Shown piece after piece: positions 9,285 through 18,788 of a stretch of 60,786 nucleotides of DNA (position 1 is its first letter; every line of letters begins with the position of its first letter). Origin of the DNA: an uncultured Eubacteriales bacterium (lineage in GTDB: Bacteria; Bacillota; Clostridia; Christensenellales; Aristaeellaceae); the NCBI GenBank assembly GCA_900553265.1, contig USDD01000001.1:1-60786 (forward strand), given 5' to 3'. The translations under genes were made by a program, and so were the position numbers. Under the pieces are notes generated by a model. It saw nothing but the letters and a program-made list of their open reading frames with translations, searched no databases and was not told the DNA's origin.

Positions 9285-11480
9285 TTATCTGTGCTTCTTG
9301 CCGGAGCTTCCACCCTTAGGCGGATGCTTGGGCGGCCGGGTTCCCGATGGAGCGCGGGAGATGCGCTCGTCGAAGCTGCGGGGATTCCGCTCGTCGAAGC
9401 GCGCGCCTTTCCGACCATCGGCGGCGCGGGAAGCGCCTCCCCGGGCGGGAGAATCGTTCGCGCCGCGGCGATTGGAACGTTCTCCGCGGATGAGTCTTTC
9501 GCTGCGGTGCTCAGCTCTTTCGATCCGGTCGGATTGGCCGCCGCGGAAATTCTGCCGGTCGTCCCCGCCGGCCTTTCCGCCGCGCGAACCCGTTCTTTCA
9601 CTTCGACCGGATTTTTCTCCGCGCGAATTCGGCTTTTCACCGCGAGCGCCGGGCTTCTCGCCCCGCCTCGGCTCTTCTCTGCCATATCCATGCCCGCCCG
9701 CGGGCGGGATCAGGCAGTCTTTGTCCCAGCCGATGAGATCCTCGCGGCCCGCCTTGCGCAGCGCTTTTTCCACCAGCGCGCGGTTCTGGGGCTTGTTGTA
9801 CTGCATCAGCGCGCGCTGGAGCGCCTTTTCGGCGGGATCGCGCGGCACGTAGACCGGCTGCATGTCCCGGGGATCCAGACCGGTGTAGAACATGGCCGTG
9901 GACAGCGTGCCCGGCGTGGGATAGAAGTCCTGCACCTGATCAGGATGCTGGCCGGTCTTTTTCATGTAGACCGCCAGCATCACCGCGTCGCTGAGCGTGC
10001 AGCCCGGATGGCTGGACATGAAATATGGCACCAGATACTGCTTCAGTCCCGCGCGCTCGTTGGCCTGCCTGTAGCGGCGGCAGAACTCGTCGTAGACCTC
10101 CGCATTGGGCTTGCCCATATAGCGCAGGGCGTTGGGGCTGACGTGCTCCGGCGCGACCTTCAGCTGGCCGGACACGTGATGGCGCACCAGCTCGGTCAGG
10201 AAATCGTTCTTCTTGTCCGCCAGCAGATAGTCGAAGCGGATGCCCGAGCGGATGAACACCTTCTTCACGCCCGGCAGCTCGCGCAGGGCGCGCAGGATGT
10301 CGATGTACTCCCGATGGTCGGCCTTCATGTTGGGGCACGGCTTCGGGAACAGGCACTGCCGGTCGCGGCACGCGCCGCATTTGAGCTGTTTATCGCAGGC
10401 GGGTCTGCGAAAATTGGCCGTGGGGCCGCCCACATCGTGGATGTAGCCCTTGAAGCCGGGCTGCTGCGTCAGCAGCCGGCCCTCGGCCAGAATGGACTCC
10501 TTGCTGCGGGACGTGACGATGCGCCCCTGATGGAAGGTCAGCGCGCAGAAGCTGCACGCGCCAAAGCAGCCGCGCACCGACGCGATGGAGAACCGCACCT
10601 CGTCGATGGCGGGGACGCCGCCCTCGGCGCGGTACATGGGATGGTAGTCGCGCATATAGGGCAGCGCATAGACCTCGTCCAGCTCCCCCTCGGTCAGCGG
10701 AAGGTCGGGCACGTTCTGCAGAAGCACCTTCCGGCCGTGGCGCTGCGCCAGCGGCTTCCCGCGCACGGGATCCTGCTGGGCGTACTGCTCGCGGAAGGCC
10801 TCGGCGTAGGCGCGTTTGTCCGCGGCCACGGTCTCCTCGGAGGGAATTTCGGTAAAGCCCTCGGGCACGTCCGAGGCCATCACGCAGGTACCGGGCACGC
10901 GCATTTCCTCAAAACTCTTCCCCTCGCGCATCCATTCGGCCACGCGGAGGATGGAGCGCTCGCCCATGCCGAACATGAGCACGTTGGCTCCGCTGTCCAC
11001 CAGCAGGGAATTGCGCACCCGGTCGTCCCAGTAGTCGTAATGGGCAAAGCGCCTGAGCGACGCCTCCACGCCGCCCACGGCGATGGGAATCGCGCCGTAG
11101 GCCTCGCGGATGCGGTTGCAGTAGACGATGGTGGCGCGGTCGGGGCGATGGCCGGCCCTGCCGCCGGGGGAATACGCGTCCTCGCTGCGCACCTTTTTGG
11201 CGGCGGTGTAGTGGTTGACCATGGAGTCGATCACGCCCGCCGTGACCAGAAAGCCGATCTTCGGCCGTCCGAACCGCCTGAAATCCTCGCAGGTGTGCCA
11301 GTCGGGCTGGGGCAGCATGGCCACGCGATAGCCCGCCTTTTCCAGCACCCGGGAGATAATGGCCAGGCCGAAGGACGGATGATCCACGTAGGCGTCGCCG
11401 GTGACGTAGACGAAGTCGGGCGCGTCCCAGCCGCGCCGGCGAACCTCCTCGGGCGTGACCGGCAGAAAATCGTGCTTCAT
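9285..11480 (-). CDS. ygiQ: YgiQ family radical SAM protein (UPF0313) with a long basic low-complexity C-terminal tail
   Basis: N-terminus LPVTPEEVRRRGWDAPDFVYVTGDAYVDHPSFG is typical of YgiQ. Contains GCFGACSFCAL (CxxxCxxC-type cluster motif). Confidence 0.9.
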   Translation of the reverse strand: MKHDFLPVTPEEVRRRGWDAPDFVYVTGDAYVDHPSFGLAIISRVLEKAGYRVAMLPQPDWHTCEDFRRFGRPKIGFLVTAGVIDSMVNHYTAAKKVRSEDAYSPGGRAGHRPDRATIVYCNRIREAYGAIPIAVGGVEASLRRFAHYDYWDDRVRNSLLVDSGANVLMFGMGERSILRVAEWMREGKSFEEMRVPGTCVMASDVPEGFTEIPSEETVAADKRAYAEAFREQYAQQDPVRGKPLAQRHGRKVLLQNVPDLPLTEGELDEVYALPYMRDYHPMYRAEGGVPAIDEVRFSIASVRGCFGACSFCALTFHQGRIVTSRSKESILAEGRLLTQQPGFKGYIHDVGGPTANFRRPACDKQLKCGACRDRQCLFPKPCPNMKADHREYIDILRALRELPGVKKVFIRSGIRFDYLLADKKNDFLTELVRHHVSGQLKVAPEHVSPNALRYMGKPNAEVYDEFCRRYRQANERAGLKQYLVPYFMSSHPGCTLSDAVMLAVYMKKTGQHPDQVQDFYPTPGTLSTAMFYTGLDPRDMQPVYVPRDPAEKALQRALMQYNKPQNRALVEKALRKAGREDLIGWDKDCLIPPAGGHGYGREEPRRGEKPGARGEKPNSRGEKSGRSERTGSRGGKAGGDDRQNFRGGQSDRIERAEHRSERLIRGERSNRRGANDSPARGGASRAADGRKGARFDERNPRSFDERISRAPSGTRPPKHPPKGGSSGKKHR

Positions 11481-14400
11481 GCTTCCTCCTTCGTCTCCGG
11501 CTCCTTCGCCGTCAGCGCCTCAAAGTCCTTCGTGACCTTCAGCATCACGCCCACCGCGTCGGCCAGCAGCTCGTCGGGCGCCTTTCCAAGCTCCGTGAAC
11601 ACCAGCGACGGCGGATTGGTGCCGTTGACCTGCAGCTCCGGATGGCGCTTGACCGCGGTGAGCACGCTCACGAAGTCGATCTCCGCGGAAATGGAGAAGC
11701 GCATCACCAGCGAAGCGCCCTTGCAGGTGACGTAGTCGATGGCCAGCCGCGAGCACAGCGCCTTGAGCTGGGCAATGTCGATCAGGTTCATGACGGGCTT
11801 CTTCGGATCGCCGAAGCGGTCGATCAGCTCGTCCACCAGATCGTCGCGGCTCTCCTCGGAGCGGATGGACGCGATGCGCTTGTACATCTCCATGCGCAGC
11901 AGGTCGTTGGAGACGTATTCCTGGGGCAGATACGCGTCCACCTTCACGTCCACGCGGGTGTCCACGTCGCCCTGAGACGCGTCGCCGCGCATTTCGTGAA
12001 TGGTTTCCTCGATCATCTTGACGTAGAGGTCGTAGCCCACCGAGGCCATGAAGCCGCTCTGCTCCATGCCCAGCAGGTTGCCCGCGCCGCGGATCTCCAG
12101 ATCGCGCATGGCCACGCGGAAGCCCGAGCCGAACTCGGTGAACTCCCGGATGGCGGCCAGACGGCGGTCGGCCGTCTCGGTGAGCACCTTGTTGGGATTG
12201 ACCGTCAGATAGGCGTAGGCCAGCCGGTTGCTGCGGCCCACGCGGCCGCGCAGCTGATACAGCTGCGCCAGACCGAAGCGATCCGCGTCGCAGACGATGA
12301 GCGTGTTGGCCCGGGGCACGTCCAGACCGGCCTCGATGATGGTGGTGCACAGCAGCACGTCGAATTTGCCCTCGTAGAAGTCCATCATCACGTCCTCCAG
12401 CGCGTGCTCGCGCATCTGGCCGTGGCCCACGGCGATGCGCGCCTCGGGAACGAGCTTCTTCAGCCGCGCGTACATCACGTCGATGGTCTGCACGCGGTTG
12501 TGGAGCACATAGACCTGTCCGCCCCGGGCCAGCTCGCGCAGAATCGCGTCGCGCACCAGCCCGTCGGAGTATTCCACCACGTAGGTCTGCACGGGATAGC
12601 GCTCCTCCGGCGGCGACTGGAGCAGGCTCATGTCGCGGATGCCCACCATGGACATGTGCAGCGTGCGGGGAATGGGCGTGGCCGTGAGCGTCAGCACGTC
12701 CACGGACTGCTTCATCTTCTTGATGGCCTCCTTGTGGGCCACGCCGAAGCGCTGCTCCTCGTCCACCACCAGCAGGCCGAGGTTCTTGAATTCCACGTCT
12801 TTGGCCAGCAGCCGGTGGGTTCCCACGATCACGTCCACGTCGCCCTCCCGGAGCCTGCGCAGAATGTCCTTCTGCTCCGCGGCGGTCTTGAAGCGGCTGA
12901 TGGTCTCCACGTGGATGGGGAAGCCGTTGAAGCGGTTGAGCATGGTGGCGTAGTGCTGCTGAGCCAGAATGGTCGTCGGCGCGAGCATGGCGGCCTGCTT
13001 GCCGCCCATGACCGCCTTGAAGATGGCCCGCAGCGCCACCTCGGTCTTGCCGTAGCCCACGTCGCCGCACAGCAGGCGATCCATGACCTTCGGCGATTCC
13101 ATGTCGCGCTTGATGTCCTCGATGGCCGCCAGCTGATCCGGCGTTTCCTCGTAGGGGAAGCTGTCCTCGAACTCCCGCTGCCAGGGCGTGTCCGGGTCGA
13201 AGGCGTGGCCGGGCACGGACTCGCGCTGAGCGTAGAGCTTGAGCAGATCGCCCGCCATGTCCCGGATGGACTGCTTGACCTTGGACTTCTGCCGCTGCCA
13301 TTCGCCGCCGGAGAGGCGGTTCAGCTTGGGCGCTTCGCCCTCGGAGCCGATGTACTTCTGCACGCGATCCAGCTGATCCGTGGGCACGTAGAGCTTGTCC
13401 GAGCCCTGATAGCGGATGTGCAGAAAGTCGCGGTAGGTTCCGTCGCTGGCCAGGCGCACCGTGCCCATGTACTGGCCGATGCCGTGGTTCTCGTGGACGA
13501 CGTAATCGCCCACACGCAGGTCGGTGAAGGCCGAAATCTTCTCGCCGGAGCGCGCCCGGGCGCGGCTCTTCTGGCGGTTCACGCCGTACACGTCCGACTC
13601 GGACAGGATGGCGAACCTGATATCCGGATACAGGAAGCCCCGGTTCAGCGTCACCGGCAGGATCACCGGCTGACCGGGCTCAAGCGCGTCGGGCGCTTCC
13701 TCCATGAACTTTGCCGGCGCTTCCAGATCGGCAAGCGCCTTCTCCAGCCGCTCGCCGCGGGCGTTGCCGCCCGCCAGCAGCGCCACGCGCCAGCCGTCGG
13801 CCTTCCACTGGTTCAGATCGGCCGCCAGCTCCCTGAGGTTCGTCTGATAGCCCGTGGCGTTGCGGCACTCGAATTTGAACAGCGCCTTGGGCGCGAAGTC
13901 CCGCTCGGTGCGCAGGAAGGGATTGGCGATCAGCAGGCTTCTCCCGTCCAGCTTGGACAGCACCGTGTCCCAGTGCCAGAGCAGCTCGGCCTGCACCGGA
14001 AGCGCCTCCTCGCGCTCCAGCGCTGCCTGAAATTGCTCCTTGAACTCCAGATAGGCGTTTTCGCAGCGCTCGCGCAGCCGCTCGGGCTGATCCAGCACCA
14101 CGATGGGATCGTCCAGATAGTCGGCGGCCGTCGCCTCATAGTCCAGCAGCACCGGCGCCAGCGAATCCTCGCCGTCGAAGCTGCGGCCCGTCTGCAGCGC
14201 GTCCACGGCAAAGGCGAAGTTGCGCTCCATGGCGCTGCGGGCCGAGCGCCCCGACGTGCCGGCCTCCTCGTCCGCCGCCGTCTGCCTGAGGAAATCCTCA
14301 AAGGGCGTGAGGTCGAACTGGCTCTCCAGCTGCTTCTGACGGCTCCGTCCCCGGCCCGAGGCGCTGTTCCTGAGCTGAAAGCTCAGCCGGCCCGCGGCCA

Positions 14401-15127
14401 GCAGCCGCTCCTCTTCCTTCAGGAGCGTCTCCGTGGCGGGATAGAGCCGCGCGGACGGGCGCGGCGACACGGAGCGCTGGGTCATCACATCGAAGCTGCG
14501 GATGGAGTTGATCTCGTCGTCGAAGAACTCGATGCGCAGCGCGTTGGGCTCGCCCACGGGATACACGTCCAGAATGCCGCCGCGCAGGGCGCACTGGCCC
14601 CGCGCCTCCACCAGCTGGACGCGCTCGTAGCCCGCGTCGGTCAGCTTCTCCATCAGCTCCGACGGCTCCATGCGCATGGTGTCGTCGATCTCAACGACGT
14701 GCCCGCGCAGCCGATCCGCCGGCATCAGCCGGTTCATCATCGCGTCCGCGGACAGCACCAGCGCCGCCGCTTTGCCCGTGGCGCAGTCGCCCAGCGCCTC
14801 CATGCGGCGAAGGGTCATGCCGTGGCTGGAGGCCGCCGCCTTCAGAAAGGTCAGCTCCCGGGCCGGCAGGCTGCGCACCCGGCCGTCCAGAAGCAGGTTC
14901 AGATCCTCCGTCATGCGCAGCGCGGCCATCTCGTTGGGCACGATCACCAGCGCCGGGCGGTTCAGCTTCCGCACCGCTGCGGCGATGAGATGCGCCCGCT
15001 GGGCGTCGTCCGGGCCGTAGGCCGAATAGACGCCCGGCCTGCGCAGCGCGTCCGTCAGATCTCGAAACGCGTCCAGCTCCTCCAGCGGGCTGAACAGGCA
15101 GCCGTAGCGCCCGACGAATTGCTCCAT
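11477..15127 (-). CDS. mfd: transcription-repair coupling factor Mfd
   Basis: 1216 aa with the helicase motifs GDVGYGKTEVA, DEEQRFG and QLRGRVGR. The stop overlaps the ygiQ ATG (ATGA at 11477-11480). Confidence 0.95.
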   Translation of the reverse strand: MEQFVGRYGCLFSPLEELDAFRDLTDALRRPGVYSAYGPDDAQRAHLIAAAVRKLNRPALVIVPNEMAALRMTEDLNLLLDGRVRSLPARELTFLKAAASSHGMTLRRMEALGDCATGKAAALVLSADAMMNRLMPADRLRGHVVEIDDTMRMEPSELMEKLTDAGYERVQLVEARGQCALRGGILDVYPVGEPNALRIEFFDDEINSIRSFDVMTQRSVSPRPSARLYPATETLLKEEERLLAAGRLSFQLRNSASGRGRSRQKQLESQFDLTPFEDFLRQTAADEEAGTSGRSARSAMERNFAFAVDALQTGRSFDGEDSLAPVLLDYEATAADYLDDPIVVLDQPERLRERCENAYLEFKEQFQAALEREEALPVQAELLWHWDTVLSKLDGRSLLIANPFLRTERDFAPKALFKFECRNATGYQTNLRELAADLNQWKADGWRVALLAGGNARGERLEKALADLEAPAKFMEEAPDALEPGQPVILPVTLNRGFLYPDIRFAILSESDVYGVNRQKSRARARSGEKISAFTDLRVGDYVVHENHGIGQYMGTVRLASDGTYRDFLHIRYQGSDKLYVPTDQLDRVQKYIGSEGEAPKLNRLSGGEWQRQKSKVKQSIRDMAGDLLKLYAQRESVPGHAFDPDTPWQREFEDSFPYEETPDQLAAIEDIKRDMESPKVMDRLLCGDVGYGKTEVALRAIFKAVMGGKQAAMLAPTTILAQQHYATMLNRFNGFPIHVETISRFKTAAEQKDILRRLREGDVDVIVGTHRLLAKDVEFKNLGLLVVDEEQRFGVAHKEAIKKMKQSVDVLTLTATPIPRTLHMSMVGIRDMSLLQSPPEERYPVQTYVVEYSDGLVRDAILRELARGGQVYVLHNRVQTIDVMYARLKKLVPEARIAVGHGQMREHALEDVMMDFYEGKFDVLLCTTIIEAGLDVPRANTLIVCDADRFGLAQLYQLRGRVGRSNRLAYAYLTVNPNKVLTETADRRLAAIREFTEFGSGFRVAMRDLEIRGAGNLLGMEQSGFMASVGYDLYVKMIEETIHEMRGDASQGDVDTRVDVKVDAYLPQEYVSNDLLRMEMYKRIASIRSEESRDDLVDELIDRFGDPKKPVMNLIDIAQLKALCSRLAIDYVTCKGASLVMRFSISAEIDFVSVLTAVKRHPELQVNGTNPPSLVFTELGKAPDELLADAVGVMLKVTKDFEALTAKEPETKEEA

Positions 15128-15165
15128 ACCATCCTCCCGCGCCCAATGCGCGAACCGTCAGATTC

Positions 15166-15738
15166 TCACGAATTGCACTTGGAAACAAACTGGCGGCAGG
15201 CGTCCACGCCGTCGCCGATGAGCGTCGCCACCGCGTCCGCCGCGTTCAGATACGCGTCGAACATGGTCTTGCGCAGCTCGGGCGTGTTGTAGGTGGCCAG
15301 CACCCAGTCCTTCATGTCCCAGCCCTCCGCCGGACGGCCGATGCCCACGCGCACCCGGGGAAAGTTCTCCTTCCCCAGCAGATAGATGATGTTGCGCATG
15401 CCGTTGTGGGTTCCGGCGCTGCCGCTGGGGCGGAAGCGCAGCCGGCCCTCGGGCAGATCCACGTCGTCGTAGACCACGATGAGGTGCTCCGGCTCGGCCT
15501 TGTACCAGTTCATCAGCTCCACCACGCTCTCGCCCGACAGGTTCATGAACGTCTGGGGCTGCGCCAGCACCACGCGCTCGCCGCGAATGGTTCCCTCGCC
15601 CACCGCCGCCTTGCAGCGCAGTTTGCGGATGGGTATATCATATTTCTGCGAGAGCACCTCCAGCACGTCGAAGCCGACGTTGTGGCGCGTGTGCTCGTAT
15701 TTCCTTCCGGGATTGCCCAGTCCAACCACGATGTACAT
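15166..15738 (-). CDS. pth: peptidyl-tRNA hydrolase
   Basis: MYIVVGLGNPGRKYEHTRHNVGF and GTHNGMRNI motifs. Confidence 0.95.
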   Translation of the reverse strand: MYIVVGLGNPGRKYEHTRHNVGFDVLEVLSQKYDIPIRKLRCKAAVGEGTIRGERVVLAQPQTFMNLSGESVVELMNWYKAEPEHLIVVYDDVDLPEGRLRFRPSGSAGTHNGMRNIIYLLGKENFPRVRVGIGRPAEGWDMKDWVLATYNTPELRKTMFDAYLNAADAVATLIGDGVDACRQFVSKCNS

Positions 15739-15773
15739 TTCTCTTCTCCCCCTCGCGCATCGCGTATCAGTTT

Positions 15774-15803
15774 ATTGTAGCAAGCAAACCGGCGCGTTGT
15801 CAA
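15774..15803 (-). promoter_or_regulatory. sigma-A-type promoter of pth-mfd
   Basis: On the minus strand: TTGACA (15798-15803), 18 bp spacer, TACAAT (15774-15779). Confidence 0.45.
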
Positions 15804-15832
15804 GCGCGCGAATGGAAAAACGCGCGTTTTCC

Positions 15833-15861
15833 TTGACGGCGCGCCGCGGCGCTGATATAAT
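15833..15861 (+). promoter_or_regulatory. sigma-A-type promoter of the PHP-domain gene
   Basis: TTGACG 15833-15838, 17 bp spacer, TGaTATAAT (TATAAT 15856-15861). Confidence 0.45.
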
Positions 15862-15905
15862 TGAAGCCGGTTTTTCGAGCATTTGCGAAAGAAGGGCATT
15901 GCGCC

Positions 15906-16577
15906 ATGAAATGGGAGCTTCACTTGCACACCGCGCCCACCAGCCCCTGCGGGCGGGTTCCGGCGGCGGAGGGAATCGCGGCCTTCGCGGCCTCGGGCTA
16001 CGGCGGCGTGGTCGTCACCGACCACTATAACGATTACGTGATGGATCGGCTCACCGGCACGGACGCGGAGAAGGTCGAAACCTGGCTGGCGGGCTATCGC
16101 GCGGCGCGGGAGGCCGGCGAGCGCTGGGGCGTGCGCGTGCTGTTCGGTCTGGAGGCCCATTCCGCCGAGCATCCCTGCAACGACTTTCTGATCTTCGGCG
16201 CGGAGCCGAACTTCGTTCAGGAAAATCCCCGGCTGTACGAGCTGTCGCTTCCGGAGCTTCAGGCGTTGTGCCATCGCTATGGCGCGCTGCTGATTCAGGC
16301 CCATCCCTTCCGCTCCATGTGCGCGCTGGCCGAGCTGAGCGCGCTGGACGGCGTGGAGGTCTACAACGGCCATCCCCATCACCAGAGCCACAACGAGCGC
16401 GCGCTGGCGGTCGCCGAAGCGAATCCGCGCTTTATCCGCACCTCGGGCAGCGACTTCCACGAGCCCGACGCGCTGGCCCGGGGCGGCATCGTCACCGACC
16501 GGGATATCCACACCTCCGCGGAGCTGGCCCAGTGCCTGCGCGACGGCGCGTTCACGCGCATCGAGACGCGTCCCTGA
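15906..16577 (+). CDS. PHP domain-containing (polymerase/histidinol-phosphatase-like) metal-dependent phosphoesterase
   Basis: MKWELHLHTAPTSPCG...VVVTDHYN is the typical PHP N-terminus. The track start 15861 (TTG) overlaps the -10 box, so ATG 15906 is preferred. Confidence 0.8.
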   Translation: MKWELHLHTAPTSPCGRVPAAEGIAAFAASGYGGVVVTDHYNDYVMDRLTGTDAEKVETWLAGYRAAREAGERWGVRVLFGLEAHSAEHPCNDFLIFGAEPNFVQENPRLYELSLPELQALCHRYGALLIQAHPFRSMCALAELSALDGVEVYNGHPHHQSHNERALAVAEANPRFIRTSGSDFHEPDALARGGIVTDRDIHTSAELAQCLRDGAFTRIETRP

Positions 16578-16698
16578 GGCGCGGACTCTTCCGGAATTCC
16601 GCCCGGATTCGGCGGCTGCCGCGAAATGCCGATAGATTTCGAAGCGGCAGTCAATGGAGCCGACGCGCGGCGGATAACCCGCCCCTCCAAAACGGTTA

Positions 16699-16728
16699 CT
16701 GCCTCCGGCGACGCTTCGCCGGAGGCAG
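16699..16728. terminator. bidirectional hairpin between convergent genes
   Basis: 13-bp perfect stem CTGCCTCCGGCGA/TCGCCGGAGGCAG with loop CGCT. Confidence 0.55.
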
Positions 16729-16735
16729 CTTCTGC

Positions 16736-18118
16736 TCATTTCCGATATTCGATTTCCCGGATTCTCCCCGCGGCGGGCGGGCATGCGAAGCGCGCGGGAT
16801 CATCGAAGGCGATTTCGCGAACGTAGGGCGCGACGTCCTCCGGATGCTCGCCGTCGATGGTAATGTCCTCCAGAACCAGCCGCTTCGTCTCGCTGGACAG
16901 ATAGGGGTCGAAGATTTCCTTCTCGCCCACGCGGCAGGACTTGGGCCCGGCGCAGACCAGAAACGACATGGGATACCGGTCGCGGTGCAGCCTGACGCGC
17001 ACGTTCCTGAGCGTCAGGCTCTCGAGATTGGAGCCCAGCTCGAAGGCCGCGAAGCTGCCGGTCACGGGGTCGGAATTCACATAATCCGGCAGCCGGTCGA
17101 TGGGCGCGGCGAGGTCGATCTCGATATCCTCGAAATAAAGGTCGCCGCCGCTGCCCACGCCGCCGCGCTCGGGCGATTCCGAAACCAGATAGGCCGGCGT
17201 CTGATAGTAGAGCTTGAAGGTGTTCACGCCGCGCACGTTTTTGAACACCGCGTCGTGCAGCGAGCAGTCCACGCTCGTCCCGTCGTCGTAGTAATACACG
17301 CCCGGCTCGATGCGCAGGGCCTTGTAGGGGCTCTCCGGCGAAAGGGTCAGATTTTCGCACCACACGGTCTTCGTGGGGCCGAAGTTCACCGAGGAATCCT
17401 GCCAGTCGTACATGTTCAGCGCCACCAGATCGTCGCCCACGTAGCCGCGCACGTCCCGAATCCACACCGTATCCGTGTTGCCGTTCAGGTGCAGGCCGTC
17501 GGCGAAGCAATGCTCGAAGATCACGTCCTCGAACACGCCGTTTTTCAGATTGCCCGTCTGCACGGCGAACGCGCCGCAGTGGGAAAAGGTCACATGCTGG
17601 AGCGTCAGCCCGGAGAGGTTGTTAAACAGCATGCAGGTGGAAACGCCGTGCATGGAGCGCGCCTCGTCGATCCTGCCGCTCCGTCCATAGCCCGCGCGCT
17701 CGGTGCGCGGCTCCTCCCAGCGGCCGCCGAGGATGGAAATGTTCTCATCCGCGTCCCCCTCTGCGATGGGCGCGCGGGAGCCGTCGCGCACATGCTCGCT
17801 GCGCAGCATCAGCACGTCCATGCCGTCCACGGCGCGGATGCGCGCGCCCTCGGCCTCGATGCGGCGACCGGAGGGCATGATGATGGAAGCGTCGATGTAA
17901 TACGGCTCCTCCCGGGCGGGAACGACCAGCACCTCGTGCTCCCGGAGGGCGCGGTTGAACGCGTCCGTCCAGATCTCAATCGCCTCGCCGCCCTGCCGCG
18001 CCGGGCGCACCTGCGCGCGATAGTCCTCCGCGCTCACCCGATCGGTCAGCCGCGCGGCGGCGGCCAGATTCTGCGCCCGCATATGCGCGGCGCGCTCGCG
18101 AATTTCGCCAAAAGTCAT
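16736..18118 (-). CDS. right-handed parallel beta-helix protein, GH28/pectin-lyase-fold-like, no signal peptide
   Basis: Repetitive beta-helix-like segments (LTLQHVTFSHCGAFAVQTGNLKNGVFEDVIFEHCFADGLHLNGN) and GDDLVALN, which resembles the GH28 GDDC(I/V)A(I/V) motif. Confidence 0.6.
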   Translation of the reverse strand: MTFGEIRERAAHMRAQNLAAAARLTDRVSAEDYRAQVRPARQGGEAIEIWTDAFNRALREHEVLVVPAREEPYYIDASIIMPSGRRIEAEGARIRAVDGMDVLMLRSEHVRDGSRAPIAEGDADENISILGGRWEEPRTERAGYGRSGRIDEARSMHGVSTCMLFNNLSGLTLQHVTFSHCGAFAVQTGNLKNGVFEDVIFEHCFADGLHLNGNTDTVWIRDVRGYVGDDLVALNMYDWQDSSVNFGPTKTVWCENLTLSPESPYKALRIEPGVYYYDDGTSVDCSLHDAVFKNVRGVNTFKLYYQTPAYLVSESPERGGVGSGGDLYFEDIEIDLAAPIDRLPDYVNSDPVTGSFAAFELGSNLESLTLRNVRVRLHRDRYPMSFLVCAGPKSCRVGEKEIFDPYLSSETKRLVLEDITIDGEHPEDVAPYVREIAFDDPARFACPPAAGRIREIEYRK

Positions 18119-18179
18119 ATAAGCAAATCTCCTTTCCCTTTGTGAAAGCCCCTTCCGCCGACCGCGGAAGGGGCAAAAA

Positions 18180-18521
18180 TCAGTCGGTCACGATGACGGC
18201 GAGAATCACCAGATCGCAGTCGCCGGTGTTCTCCACCGCGTGGCCGTGGCCGCTGAAGGTGGCCATGGAATCGCCGGGATTCACGTCGAAGTATTTGTCG
18301 TCGTCGCGCACCCGGCCGCAGCCCTCGAGAAAATAAAACATTTCGGTTTCGCCCTCGTGCTCGTGATAGCCGATGGACGCGCCGGGAATCAGGCGCAGCA
18401 CGCTGAACAGGCGCGCGTGCTCCGGCAGCTCCCGGCTCAGCGCGGTGAGCTGAACAAACTCCCTGCCTCCGCGCATGTATTCGCGGACGCTCTTTTTTTG
18501 GTCGTCTCTGCGGGTAATCAT
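18180..18521 (-). CDS. cupin domain protein
   Basis: GASIGYHEHEGETEMFYFLEG...GHGHAVENTG gives cupin motifs 1 and 2. Confidence 0.85.
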   Translation of the reverse strand: MITRRDDQKKSVREYMRGGREFVQLTALSRELPEHARLFSVLRLIPGASIGYHEHEGETEMFYFLEGCGRVRDDDKYFDVNPGDSMATFSGHGHAVENTGDCDLVILAVIVTD

Positions 18522-18666
18522 TGGACAAGCCTCCTATTTCACCAGAATCTCCGTCGGGCAAACTCCTTCCCGACCGCCTTCTGCAAACATATATATGAAT
18601 AAACAAATTATAGCATGCGTCGGTTTCGTCCACAAGGCCGTAAATTCTTTTTTAACATAATGCGGT

Positions 18667-18694
18667 TTGCAGGCGGGTCGAAACATGTTATAAT
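18667..18694 (+). promoter_or_regulatory. sigma-A-type promoter of the ECF-S/coaX pair
   Basis: TTGCAG 18667-18672, 16 bp spacer, TGtTATAAT (TATAAT 18689-18694). Confidence 0.4.
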
Positions 18695-18788
18695 AAGCAC
18701 GTCGGCATCCTCGGAGCCGAACGCGGTTTTTCCCTTTTCTCATTTTTCGTAGGGTATCCCAAAAAGAACTCGAACGGAGGAACTCACC

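Noticed and set aside
9264-15292. Very long plus-strand ORFs (9264-11735, 823 aa; 11642-15292, 1216 aa) opposite ygiQ and mfd
   Set aside because: These are antisense shadow ORFs of high-GC genes. Their translations are Arg/Gly/Ala/His-rich with no motifs, while the minus-strand products are unmistakable YgiQ and Mfd.
18695-18788. Leader hairpin (CGTCGGC...GCCGAACG) followed by a T-rich run, as a possible attenuator or riboswitch upstream of the ECF-S/coaX pair
   Set aside because: The stem is short and bulged. I know of no pantothenate or CoA riboswitch class that it resembles, so the evidence is insufficient.
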